The notes under the pieces: model-generated
Databases searched by the model: none
What the model saw: only the letters and a program-made list of their open reading frames with translations
What the model was told of the DNA's origin: nothing
Shown: positions 52,000 to 64,000 of the stretch, one piece after another
Position numbering within the stretch: the stretch's first letter is position 1
How the letters are laid out: each line of letters starts with the position of its first letter
Origin: the human T2T-CHM13v2.0 reference genome, Homo sapiens
Reading direction: 5' to 3' (one strand)
Length of the DNA: 64,000 nucleotides
Assembly: GCF_009914755.1 (NCBI RefSeq)
Contig: NC_060928.1
Made by a program: the position numbers and the translations under genes

Positions 52000-53219
52000 C
52001 ATTTTTTACATGGGTAAATGGACTCAAAATGTCTTCTAAGTTAACTAATCAGTAATGCCCTTTGCAGTCTAAAGTTACACAAGGGGACAAAATCATTTCT
52101 CTAGATCCTTGGCTTTGAATGAGCTATGTGACACTGAGTAGTTTATTTGGGATGTGTGACCCCAGGAGGACTGAGTAGAAGCCCGTAGCAGGATGAGATA
52201 GGTGCTTTTCTTAGTCCCTCTAGGATATATGAGTCTCAGAGAGAGGGAGGCAGGAACTAGGTGAGTTTTCCTGACCTTTTCCCCCTGCCTAAAGATGATG
52301 TCCCAGAGGCTGTGCAGACATAATGGCAGGATGCCCCAAAGGTTACCCCATGTGTATTAAATGGTCAGCAAGTGTGGAAAAAGGTGGGGTGCACCCAGGG
52401 GTCTGACACCATCACTGATGTTAATTATGAGTTCCCAAGGGCGGCATGCTAGTAGCCATTACCTGTAACTTTCAGTTGCAGAGCCTCAGCTCTCTCTGTT
52501 CCAGTGAATGAGCCATCAGAGAAGCTGGCTAGCTGGCCAATTTCTCAGATACAATTACTTTTTTATGATGAGGTTCAAGGAAGCTCAGGGCATCACGAGG
52601 ACTTCCCAGACCCACACATCACACTCAGCCCTTTTATCCAGCTTCCATTTGTAAAAGGACACGTTGGCCTGGGTGGCCATTTCCTATCCCCGAGCCAAGC
52701 CGTGGGTCAGCAGCCACTATGCCTTCCTTTCATACTGCAGGTGACCTCCCAAAGTCCTGGGTCACAGCTGACTAAATGAACTGGATAATTAAAAGAGGGG
52801 ATGAGCCATGCCGTGAGGTTTTGTCTGCCTCATCAAGAACACCATGCCCTTTTTATCAACCTACTTGGTTTTTTGTTTTTATTTTTCCCCCTTTGAAAAA
52901 TGATTAGCCTTGAGAAACTTCTTAACCATGGCACCATCCACCATTAGCTGCCAAGGCCAGAGTATTTAAAAAGTTTCCAACTGCCCGCACTTAGAAAGTT
53001 GAACTAATAAAAACTGGTATGGCGGGGGTGGGGGAACCATAGCCTTTTCACGCCATAAGCCATAGTATCAAGTTTTCTTCCAAATCTGAAGATTTTTTTA
53101 TCACTTCGAAGTATTGTTTAGAAATATGTTTATCTGGTGGGGGTGAGGATGAGATGAGGGTGGATCATTTTTTGTTATTAGAATTTCAGTACAATTACCA
53201 AGAATCATATGATTAACTT

Positions 53220-53270
53220 TATATATATATATACACACACACACGTGCGCGCGTGTGGATATATATATAG
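53220..53270. repeat. (TA)n(CA)n(CG)n alternating purine-pyrimidine tract
   Basis: tatatatatatatacacacacacacgtgcgcgcgtgtggatatatatatag. Confidence 0.9.
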
Positions 53271-53889
53271 ACACTGTATTATATATAGAGATAGAGATAG
53301 AACTTCATAAAAATTTAACCCCCTAAGTTCCATCACAGCTTTCCCTTTCTCCCAAGAGTAAATTTCCACAATCAAGGATACTAACTTGGGCCCGGAGGAC
53401 AGTTACCTCCTTCTTCATCATATCGTGTTTCATAAGCATCAATAAATAGGAGCTCACAGATATGTGTGGAAGAGTTACATAAACACGGCTAGTACATTAG
53501 TACATCAGCAGTTCAATAAAGGTACCATTATAGAAAAAAAATAGTAAGGAAAATGCATCAAAATCCAGCCTTAAAGGACCAATAAGAAGCTCAAAGCCTG
53601 AGTCCCAGAGAATAGAATCAGACAAAGACTAGTTTCCATTTTTTCTATGCCTGTAATAGCTAGTGTTTATGCCAAATACAAATCCCAAATACTTCTGTCG
53701 AACTCCCTCTCACCCAAGTCAATGCATCTGCACACCATATGGGAATGACCTCCCATTCCCCTTAGCATCCTCCATATATATCTGCGGAAAGGAGGGACAG
53801 AGGACGAAGGTCCAGGGCTGCTGCTTCTGTGGAGCATGCTTTGATCAGCATCCCCCACTTTGTAGCGTGGTACCAAAGAGCTTGTGCAT

Positions 53890-54105
53890 TATACACTCGT
53901 CCTGGTTTACCACTCACCAGCTCTGGGCCAATTACTTAGCTTCCCTGTGACTCAGTTTTTCCTTCTTTAAAATGGAGACATTAATACTAGCATATATCTT
54001 ATACGGAGTGTTGTGTAAAATCAAATGAATTGATGTATATCTATAAAACCCTTGGAACAGTGCCTCATAAATTCTAAGTACTAAATACGTGACATTTTAG
54101 ATTAT
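53890..54105 (+). mobile_element. MIR SINE
   Basis: 'accactcaccagctctgggccaattactt...ctcagtttttccttctttaaaatggaga...ttggaacagtgcct'. Confidence 0.8.
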
Positions 54106-54223
54106 TATGATTTGGTTGAAAGAGTGACTCATGCTTCCAATCCTGAGAAGTTGCATGTCAGTAACAGAAAGAACTAAAGCTGATGTCAGCTCCCAGGGCT
54201 GAAATCAACATTCCAGCCTGTCA

Positions 54224-54225
<2 letters not shown>

Positions 54226-54277
<52 letters not shown>

Positions 54278-54284
54278 ACGCGCA
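54226..54284. repeat. (TG)n microsatellite, about 25 units
   Basis: Direct observation. Confidence 0.97.
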
Positions 54285-55248
54285 TCTGTGTACAATGGTA
54301 TGGACGCATATTAAGCCAAATTCAGTATATGTGTGGGTGTGGCATTATGGGTGATTTCTACCTTTATTTCTTAAAATTTTCCATGGTATTATCAGATTAG
54401 ATTCATAACAATTAGAAATACAAAATCAATTCTCTCCCCATCTTCTCTTAAAAGCAGCTTCAGTCTGGTGAGGTGAGAGCCTTGATAACTTCCCTAATCC
54501 CCTAAATAGGATTCGACTTCTCATCCATAATTGGAGGAAAGGATCTGAAGTTTGGGGTAAAATGAAGTAGGACCCCCTCTAACAATCAACGAAGCCTCAC
54601 CAAAAGAATGACATAGAAAGTAACAAAACACCCTTCACTCTCTGAGTAGGTGGGGAACCCACAAACTTCACCGGGAAGAGCAGAATACTTCAACGAGGAG
54701 TCATAGCACATCAAATGGCAGAAATGTATCATGTAAGCAGAGCAAAAAATTAAAGATGACTCCATATTTTAAGGAATCGTATTTGTACTAAGATTAAAAT
54801 GAACTTTCTGGGTGTTCTTGTCATCTGAAGCATGCATATAAATGACAAGACTGCACATAATAAACAGTAATGGTAATGGGGGGAAAGAGTGCTGGGAGCC
54901 GGAATATTTCATCTTTCGGATTTCAATTCTTCATCCATCCACTGAGACCAAAGAACACATAGGTTATGAGACTTGCCTTAGCTATCCCTACAGTTAGAGC
55001 CAAAGACCTCCATGAAGTACTTGGTAGAGATCTACAGATGGTACCAAATGTTCCATAGGGCTAGGATTAAATGCCAAAGTCTACATGTTGTCACCTAGCA
55101 AATGGCTCATTATTCTAATGTCTAGAAAGTACATCTGGTCAATTATAAGCTTTGATGGCTTTACAGCTGTTTTGGAGAGGGTCAAAGAAAAGCAACATAG
55201 TACATTGGAAAGAATACTAGTTTAATAACAATAAAAATAATAATGGTG

Positions 55249-55856
55249 TAATCTAGTTCAACCATTGTGGAAGTCAGTGTGGCAATTCCTCAGGGATCTA
55301 GAACTAGAAATACCATTTGACCCAGCAATCTCATTACTGGGTATATACCCAAAGGATTATAAATCATGCTGCTATAAAGACACATGCACACATAATGTTT
55401 ATTGTGGCACTATTCACAATAGCAAAGACTTGCAACCAACCCAAATGTCCATCAATGACAGACTGGATTAAGAAAATGTGGCACATATACACCATGGAAT
55501 ACTATGCAGCCATAAAAAATGATGAGTTCATGTCCTTTGTGGGGACATGGATGAAGCTGGAAACCATCATTCTCAGCAAACTATCGCCAAGGACAAAAAA
55601 ACCAAACACCTCATGTTCTCACTCATAGGTGGGAATTGAACAATGAGAACACATGGACACAAGAAGGGGAACATCACACACCGGGGCCTGTTGAGGGGTG
55701 GGGGGACCGGGGAGGGACAGCATTTGGAGATATACCTAATGTTAAATGAGGAGTTACTGGGTGTAACACACCAACATGGCAAATGTATACATATGTAACT
55801 AACCTGCACGTTGTGCACATGTACCCTAAAACTTAAAGTATAATAAAAAAAATAAT
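55249..55856 (+). mobile_element. L1PA (PA3/4-like) 3' end of about 0.6 kb, 5'-truncated
   Basis: ORF 55317-55628 gives the ORF2p C-terminus (MFIVALFTIAKT.NQPKCPSM.DWIKKMWHIYTMEYYAAIKNDEFMSFVGTWMKLETIILSKLS); 3' UTR and tail; TSD aataataatggtg (55236-55248, 55857-55869). Confidence 0.97.
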
Positions 55857-55869
55857 AATAATAATGGTG

Positions 55870-56100
55870 GATGCATTTATTAAGAGCTTGCAATGCTCAG
55901 GGGACTGGATTTTACCTGCCTTGTGATCTAATGCTCACAACAGCCACTGAGGTAGGTACTGTTTTTATATCTCCATTTATACCCCAGGAAATGAAGGGCA
56001 AAGAGGTTAAGCTGCCTGCCCAGAATATTCGGTTAGAAAGTGGAGAAGTCAAGTTCAAACCTGGGCAATCTGAGACCAAAAACATGGCTTTTAACAAACA
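55870..56100 (-). mobile_element. MIR SINE
   Basis: 'ctcacaacagccactgaggtaggtactg...agaggttaag...ttcaaacctgggcaatctga'. Confidence 0.75.
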
Positions 56101-56559
56101 ATGTTCCCATTTCTCCAGCCCATCACACTTTCAAAGACCTTCCCATGCATTGCCTCATCTGAGCCTTACAATGATATCTGTCTATCCACCTGTGCACAAC
56201 ACATTGAATTCCTATCTCTGTTTTAAAGATGAAGAAACTGGGGTTCAGAGAGATTACATAACTTGTTTGATGAAATGCTACTTACAAGAAGGCCCAACTC
56301 ATTTTTGACCATAAACTGTCCTCCTAGAAACCGCCCCACCAAGCTTCCCATTATGCACCATCATCTCCACATCACTTCACATCTCCAGACCTGAACGTCC
56401 TCATCTGCCAAATGAGGAAGTAGAAAGTTCTAACATTTGGTGCTTCTATAAAAAGAAATTAACCCATGCCACAAGCTGCTGAAGACCCGTCAGCAGCCAC
56501 TCACCACCCACAAGATACCCAGGCTCCTTAGTACAGAGTACCAGCCCCACCCTCCACTC

Positions 56560-56895
56560 CAGGCTGATCTCACTCTGTTCCAGCCATGCTGAGCCATATG
56601 GTCTGCACTGTCCCCTCATCCTAGAGTGCTCTCACCACTCTGTGCCCAGCAAAACCTGCTGAGATTCTCCCACCCGCTTCCTGCAGGAAATGTTTCTTGT
56701 TCCTTCCAGATAGAACTGACCTCTTCCTCATCAATGGCTCCTTCATCACACTGCAACTTTACAGCACTTCTTTACTGATATGTCTTTCTCTTTCTACTGA
56801 ACTGTTGGCTTGGCTCTAGGTGCCATGTCTATCTTTAGTACCTAGCACAGTGCCAGGCACACAGTGCTTCTTTGATAAATGTTTGTTGAATGAGT
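56560..56895 (+). mobile_element. L2 3' end
   Basis: 'tagtacctagcacagtgccaggcacacagtg...ataaatgtttgttgaatgagt'. Confidence 0.8.
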
Positions 56896-57759
56896 AAAAA
56901 AAAAAAATGTAGTCTGAAGAAGTGTTTAAAACAGTATTAATCTGAGCAGCAAAGTTATATCTAACACTCAAAACACAATCTGCTGGTTCGTCCAAAAGCA
57001 TTAGAAACTGACTTCACTAATTCTATCACCACTCTACCGTTACAACTTTAATCAATCAACAAAAGATAAATGAGTGTCTAGAAAGGGCCAGCATCATTTT
57101 GAGAATGTCTGTTGCACCAGTAAGTAAGATATGATCCTTGTCCTGGTAGAACTCATATGTTTGCCAGTGCCCATCAGTAACTACACGGCAAGATGGCACA
57201 TACTGTAAGAAACTTTATACAGGACCACAAAAAAGGAAGATTAAGCATTCTTCTAAATATTTCTCCAACTAATCAGATTGGACAAATGGAAAGAAACCAC
57301 TTACTTTGATTCTGTATGTTTTCCCTTCTGCAATTTATGTAATTAGCCAAACAAAATCAAACCACATTATCTAAAACATGACAGTTTAAAATATAAACAA
57401 AAATGTGAGGTATTCTAAAGGTAACCTTGGTTCTCTTCTTTTAAAAAGGAGCTTAGTAAGCCAATTAATGTTGAAAATGAGATCAGAAAGGAAGCTGACT
57501 CTTTTAAGCACTTTAGAAGGAACCATTTTTCGTCCAAACATACCTCTCATGACGTAAGCAGAGGTCAGCAGCTCTGATATGTGAATTACAAATCATTCCA
57601 CCAGATTGTTAAGGCAAAACTCTCTAGATGGCATGGCACAATGCTTATGCACACTTGAAAATAATGAACCCATATTTATGTTAAAACATGGCCTAGTGCA
57701 GGCTTTGTGCCAATTCACACTGGCCATCCTCTGAATTGGCCGCGGGCATTTCCTGAGTG

Positions 57760-57925
57760 CGAGGAAGACATTTTGCACACATTCTCTTACTGAATCCTTT
57801 CAACAACCCCGTGAGGGTGGTGGTGCTGTTATTATCCCTGTTTTGAAATAGAGGAGATTGAGGCAGAGACATGAAACCTTAGATGTTACACTGTTGCAAG
57901 TCATGGAGCCAAATTTATTCCCTAT
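57760..57925 (-). mobile_element. MIR SINE
   Basis: 'aatcctttcaacaaccccgtgagg...ttattatccctgttttgaaatagaggagattgaggcaga'. Confidence 0.7.
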
Positions 57926-60900
57926 TCTTTATAAGGCCACATCTTCCAGTCCTCAATCTGCCAGAGTACCTTTATGAGGCTTTCTATATCAGAAAAAAAA
58001 AAAGTCCATTATCAAAATCAATTATCAACCCTCTTTCTGTTTTGTGAAGAAAGCGATAACTGCTGTAAAGTTCATTTTGAAGGCTGCCTAGAGTCCCGGT
58101 GACTTTGCTGGGACAATGAATAGTGTCTCCCTCTAAGTAGTTAAACAGTGCAGAACTCTCGAGTAATACAGCAGCTGCTAACAACACTGTCACCATCACA
58201 TTGTTTAGTCAGCGATTGTACCTCAATGACTTTCTTCTCTTGATATGTGCTTAGGTTACCAAGAGAAATCTGAGAGCCCACTAATGCAAAATATATCTAA
58301 TGCAAAATGTTTTTCCTCTACCCTCTGCTCTCCCAAAACTGACCTTTGCATTGGGGTCTTGAAGATAAACCTTCCTGCGATTTAAAGATTGATTCAAAAC
58401 CTGGTGTAGGGGGTTTCCCAGGTATTCATGTATTAACATTTGCTGCTCAGATTTTTTTTTTCAGACAAACAACATCCTTTCAAAGGGTTCCTCTGGCACC
58501 TTCTTCACTTGACCTACCCAATTTAGAACAGTCCCTAGTGCTGTCTTGGTGGTGGCATTGCTCTGTGATAGCTAATACACATGCATACATTACTGCTGAC
58601 ATTTAAAAACATTCCTAACAGTTTGTGTGGGTACATGGTAAACAGATGCTATGGGATTTTTACCCATTATCAGTCATCTCTGAAGACTGCAGTCAAGTGA
58701 CAGGTTTTTGAGACTTTTTGGTCTAAAAGCAAGAGATTTATTTTTAATAGAATATTGATATTATGGTACAAAATGGTATTTGGTGTTTATTTCTTTTCCC
58801 CTTCTAGCAAGGCAGTTCAGCTTGGTGGGTTTTGAGGCCCTAGCACCCTTTATTCTATCTGTTATTCTGGTGGTTTCCCCCCTGGGGGGTGGTGGTGGGG
58901 GGGAAGTTGCAGACTTTTATGAACTGTCTGATTAAAGTGCCTCCATCTGAATGCAGATTTAAAGTTCCAACACCTGAGAGCTCAAAACCAATGAATATTT
59001 ATGCCAAAAACCAGCAGATGAATACACTCTAAATCTTCAAATGCAAGTCTAGTCATGGGTTTTATCTTATTTTAGGACTTACTTTTTATTAAAATGAACT
59101 CTTGCATATTTACACTACAGAAATAAACGTTATTTGCAAGCACAATACAGTAGAGTCCTTACAAATGCACTGCCTCTGGGAAAAGCAACTTGGCTCCTCA
59201 AGCAGATTTTGTTTCGTTATCACGTCTTCGTTGAAGAGAAGTTTCATTGCATATGATTGGCATAATTCGGGGCCCAGAAAATACAACCATTTGGGGAGAT
59301 TATTCATTTAGTGGCCAAGATAATTGTACGTCCCTCCCTAGATGGGGATTTTTGTTGATTTAACAATTTTCCTCCTTTCATTGGAAACTTCTTTCAGGAC
59401 CGCTTTTCTAGAAGGTAGAGATTGGTATAGGCAAGCACAAGGGGACATTATTCAGCAACAGGTTTATTTGCCTTCTCTGTAGGGTGGCTTAACCCATTTT
59501 GGTTCTGTAGTTAATGTCCCAGTTAATATTTGCTAGGTGCTCCTTCTACTAGAATAAGGAGCAAACTTGAGGTTTACCCTTAAATCCTAAACTGTCCCTT
59601 CAGAATACAATCATAGCAAAAGAACACTGGCCCTCATAACAACTAGCTCTAAGAAGTGGTTGAGGTTACACAGTCAGGCCAAAGACAAGGGTAACCAGAC
59701 CAGAGGCTCCTAACCTAGCTCATTCAACAACACAGGTGAAAGCAAATATTGTTACCGGCTAACATCACAATGAGCAAATGACTCCCAAACACATAAAAGG
59801 TGATTCTTTCAAAGACAGAGAAATGTCCCATCTTAGACCATTCCTTCCGATACCTTTGCACCATTTTGCTTTTCATTAAATTGCAATAAACCCCATATCA
59901 AAAGCCAAGTGGAGTTATCAGAATTAAGGGAAATACAAATTTTGATTGATCCCACTATGCATCTTGAGACTTCCCTGCCCTCACGTTACTGAGGACTTAG
60001 AATATGCAAATTTACCATCATGTTCCTAAACTTATTCCTTCTTTTTCATAAAGTAAGCTTAGAGATAAATGTTTACAAATCAACCCAGTCATCATTTCTT
60101 CATTTTAATGCTTAAACGCTTCATTTTGATTGCTGCCTTTTTGACATTTCACCAAGGAAATATGTTTGCGTGTTCGCAATGCCATTGAATCAGCAATTAG
60201 ATCTCCATATTCCAGATGTCATGAGAGTTTTCAATGCATCTCCCAATAAAATTTATTTCTGAACTTTGGGAAGGAAAATCACAAATGTACTTTGTATAAA
60301 TTAAACACATTATCCTTATTTTTCTAATTGCTAAATTTAACACAGGGAGGGCTTCTGAATTTATTAATTCAAAATTTTCACATCATTCTACATAATATTT
60401 TTCTTGCAATGAATATAATTTTGAGTTATTTATAGGAATGACTTATGCATTTTGGTTCACTTTTTTTCCAGTGGAACAGGAAACATGAAGTTGAATTTTT
60501 GCTCTTAAGAGCATGCTACACTTGCCATCCTTACAAGTCTCTCTTGAGCCTTGGCACCTGGCTGGCACAGGAAATTTGTTGTCAAAAGTGGACAAAGAAA
60601 AATGTAATTCTGGTCTCATCTGTGCCTTCATTAAGACTTTTGGAGCTACTTAATTCCCTTCCTGCACACCTTGCACTGCTTTGATTCTCCACCTGCTCAC
60701 AGGGCTAGCTCGGAAGTACTGCTCCTGTGGCCCCTTCGCTACCATGTGTCACTCCGGAGCAATCCAGTGCCAACCTTTTCCTCTTTTACCTCCTTGGTGA
60801 ACTAAATATACAGCTTCCTAGGTCTTTGCAATAGACTCTAATTGACTCTTTTAAAACTACAATAAACCAAAATGGCTATCCTATGTGCAATTTGGCACCA

Positions 60901-62279
60901 CCAATATTTAAATGGGAATGCAGAGGTGTCTCTGTGAGGAGCCATCCTGAGTGGCTTCAGGCATAGTTGTAGGAGGGGAGAAAATAAAATGCTCTCCAAG
61001 ATTTTGTTTACCTGAATTGGAAATGCACACCAAATCCTCATCTCCATTAAGTTAGGAACATGGCTGAGTAAACAGTAATCCTTCCCAGTGGCCCTCCTTG
61101 CAGGCCACACCCATCACCACGGAGAGCCCTGGCAGGCCCCTGAGGTTCCCTTCCCTCCATTACTCCTGTGACAACTCTTTGGCATTTTCTCCTCTCGTAA
61201 GAAAATGACACAACTCAGTGCTCCTTGTGATGGAAGGATTTTACTTGGTATTTACCCAGTTCTAAAGGGTAACACTAGTAGAGTTTGACTCCCTGTTCTC
61301 CTCCCATCTGCAAAATGTTTGCAGATGCCTCCTTCTAGCCCAGCCCACCTCCTGAAAGACGCTCCTGAGCAAAAACTCATCTGTTAGTAATAGAACTGAA
61401 AAATGTCTCATTCCGGCTAGAAGTGGTACAAGAGCTGCTACTGCTCCAGCAAATTTATTTTGCCTTTCAAGGGTTTAATTGCACACAACATGGTGCAGTT
61501 TTGATTAATCCTTCAGAATTTAATATATACTCTGGGGGGGTCAATATGTTGCTTCTTCATGCATCGCTATCATGGGAGTAACCGGAATGCGTTTAAACAC
61601 CACAGGAGGTACACTTCTCAAACTTACCTGGCCCTGCCAAGGGTAAAAAGTGCTCATTAATGACTCGATCCAGGAGGGGAGAGAGCAGAGGGGGTACGCT
61701 TCCTCCCTGACGCTATTTCTGCTTTGCTTGGCAGGCACGGTTCCCTTGGGGAGGTCCCAGGTGAGGCACACACTGGAATCTTCCAGGCTCATGCCCTGAT
61801 CATTTTAATGAGAGAGCAGTGTTGAAATATTGGCACCTCGCATCCAGCCAACATATGGAGAAGCTGTACAGGCACTTAATTGAACTGTTTTAAGATTATG
61901 AAGGGTATAGTCAACTGGGTCAATGAGGGTTTATTCTGTGAACTTGGGCTATAAAGAGATCATTCAAAGGTAATAAGTCCATTTGCCATTTACACAAAGA
62001 ATAATCTGTTAAATTCTACAATCCATGTCCCACAGTTGGATTTCTGAGGAGCATGGAAAGACGTAGAGTTACAGTGTATCACTAAACTTGTAAACACGCA
62101 AAGTAAGATCTTGAGGCTGGAGTGTTAAGATAGGCAAGCTCTAAGTTACTCAACCCTCTCCGAAAGTCACGATCAGAGGTGAAGAGCCACAAGAATAGCG
62201 CTTGGAAATGCTGCAATTGGGAAGTCATCTACCAAACATCCTCAGGAGAGGGGTCGCCTTCAGCAGAAGCACAGCAACA

Positions 62280-62413
62280 AAACAGAGCACGAAATGTGGA
62301 GTCAGAGAAGAGCTCACATCTTGGCTCTCCCTCACTCTGTGGAATGTTAAACAGCCTTTCCCAGCCTGTTTCCTCACCTGAAAATTGTAATATTAGACCT
62401 GTCTCAGGAGGGC
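62280..62413 (+). mobile_element. MIR SINE, host of MLT1B (continues after 63111)
   Basis: 'tgtggagtcagaga...cagcctgtttcctcacctgaaaattg...ctcaggagggc'. Confidence 0.65.
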
Positions 62414-63111
<698 letters not shown>

Positions 63112-64000
63112 GGGCATTAGGAATCTCCAGTGCAATCAGATACGATAGATACTCAGCACAGCACAGTCCCTCAAGGAATGCTAGTTCCCATTCCACTCTC
63201 CCCAACCCCATTTTACAGATGCATAAAGAGAAACAGATCCACAAGATGAATTGCCTAAACAGGATACAGTAAGTGAGAAAAAGAGAAAGTCACCTTCCAA
63301 AATTCAGAGGCCCTTGCCCAGTCTACTGGTCCATACTGCCCCCCACAAGAAATGGCAGCACAGTGGGCATAGAGAATCGCTTCAAACAAAAGGCTAGATG
63401 ACATTCCTGGCTTCTGGCCATGGGAAGATTCATATCTCAATGTAACTTCAATGTTCCTAAGCCACCGACAAGGGGTCAGTGGCAGATCATTGCGTACAAG
63501 CAAACAGCTTTTTCAAAATCCTTTCCCTGAAATGCTATCCAAACAATCAAACAAGAGCTAACCCGTTTCCCCCCTCAAACACAGGTAAAACGACTTGATA
63601 ATTCTATGATGACAACAAGCCCAGTTATCAAGCACCACCCTCATCTAACATGATCATAAAAACCTTTCTCAGTCAGATTTATGGATTGTCATGCGAGCCC
63701 CTGAAGAGCTCCTTGCCAGAGGGAAAACCAGGACACCAGAAGGCCAGGTCACATGAGCATAGAGCCCAAAGTTCAGAGCATATAACTGCCCACACCCCTG
63801 GTCTGTGTGCTCACCAGATTAAACCAGCTACAAGATGTCTAAAAGTTAGAACAACAAACACACTGCCAGGTTTGCAGTTAACCTGTAGTCCGACAGGGCC
63901 ACCTGGTCATGCATCCCCCCTTTTAATTCCCCCTGAAGGTCAGAGAACTCACCCACAACCTGAGAGCATATCCACCCACAGCCTGTTCCAAGTCAGTTTC

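Noticed and set aside
52120-52410. Possible old ERVL LTR (LTR16/LTR33-like)
   Set aside because: Only a vague resemblance; ends and family could not be supported.
55265-56308. Cluster of ORFs of 60-145 aa
   Set aside because: They are translations of a frameshifted L1PA ORF2 3' end and UTR and of adjacent MIRs, not a gene.
61621-61632. acttacctggc matching the U1 snRNA 5' end
   Set aside because: Similarity stops after about 11 nt, so it is not a U1 pseudogene; treated as a reverse splice donor instead.

Overview
This 64-kb window is non-coding primate (human-like) genomic DNA. It contains no credible protein-coding gene, rRNA, tRNA or CRISPR array; the listed ORFs are chance ORFs or translations of Alu, L1 and LTR repeats. 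Most of it is interspersed repeats: many ancient MIR, L2 and L3/CR1 fragments, an old HAL1/L1M block (about 2.4-6.3 kb), DNA transposon fossils (Tigger13a, MER5, MER102), ten MaLR solo LTRs (THE1, MST, MLT1), five Alus plus one Alu monomer, two young L1PA 3' ends and several microsatellites. Nine of the ten LTRs lie on the + strand, which suggests an intron of a gene transcribed from the - strand. The most notable observations are four. First, a 26-nt insertion with an A-tail and target-site duplication (TSD) that resembles the 3' guide/box D end of SNORD116 (49224-49290). Second, a 79-bp segment copied from 2.4 kb away into an L2. Third, an LTR inserted into the TSD of another LTR. Fourth, a 77-nt palindrome in unique sequence. 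Repeat subfamily names come from recalled consensus sequences and need RepeatMasker/Dfam confirmation; boundaries of ancient repeats are approximate.
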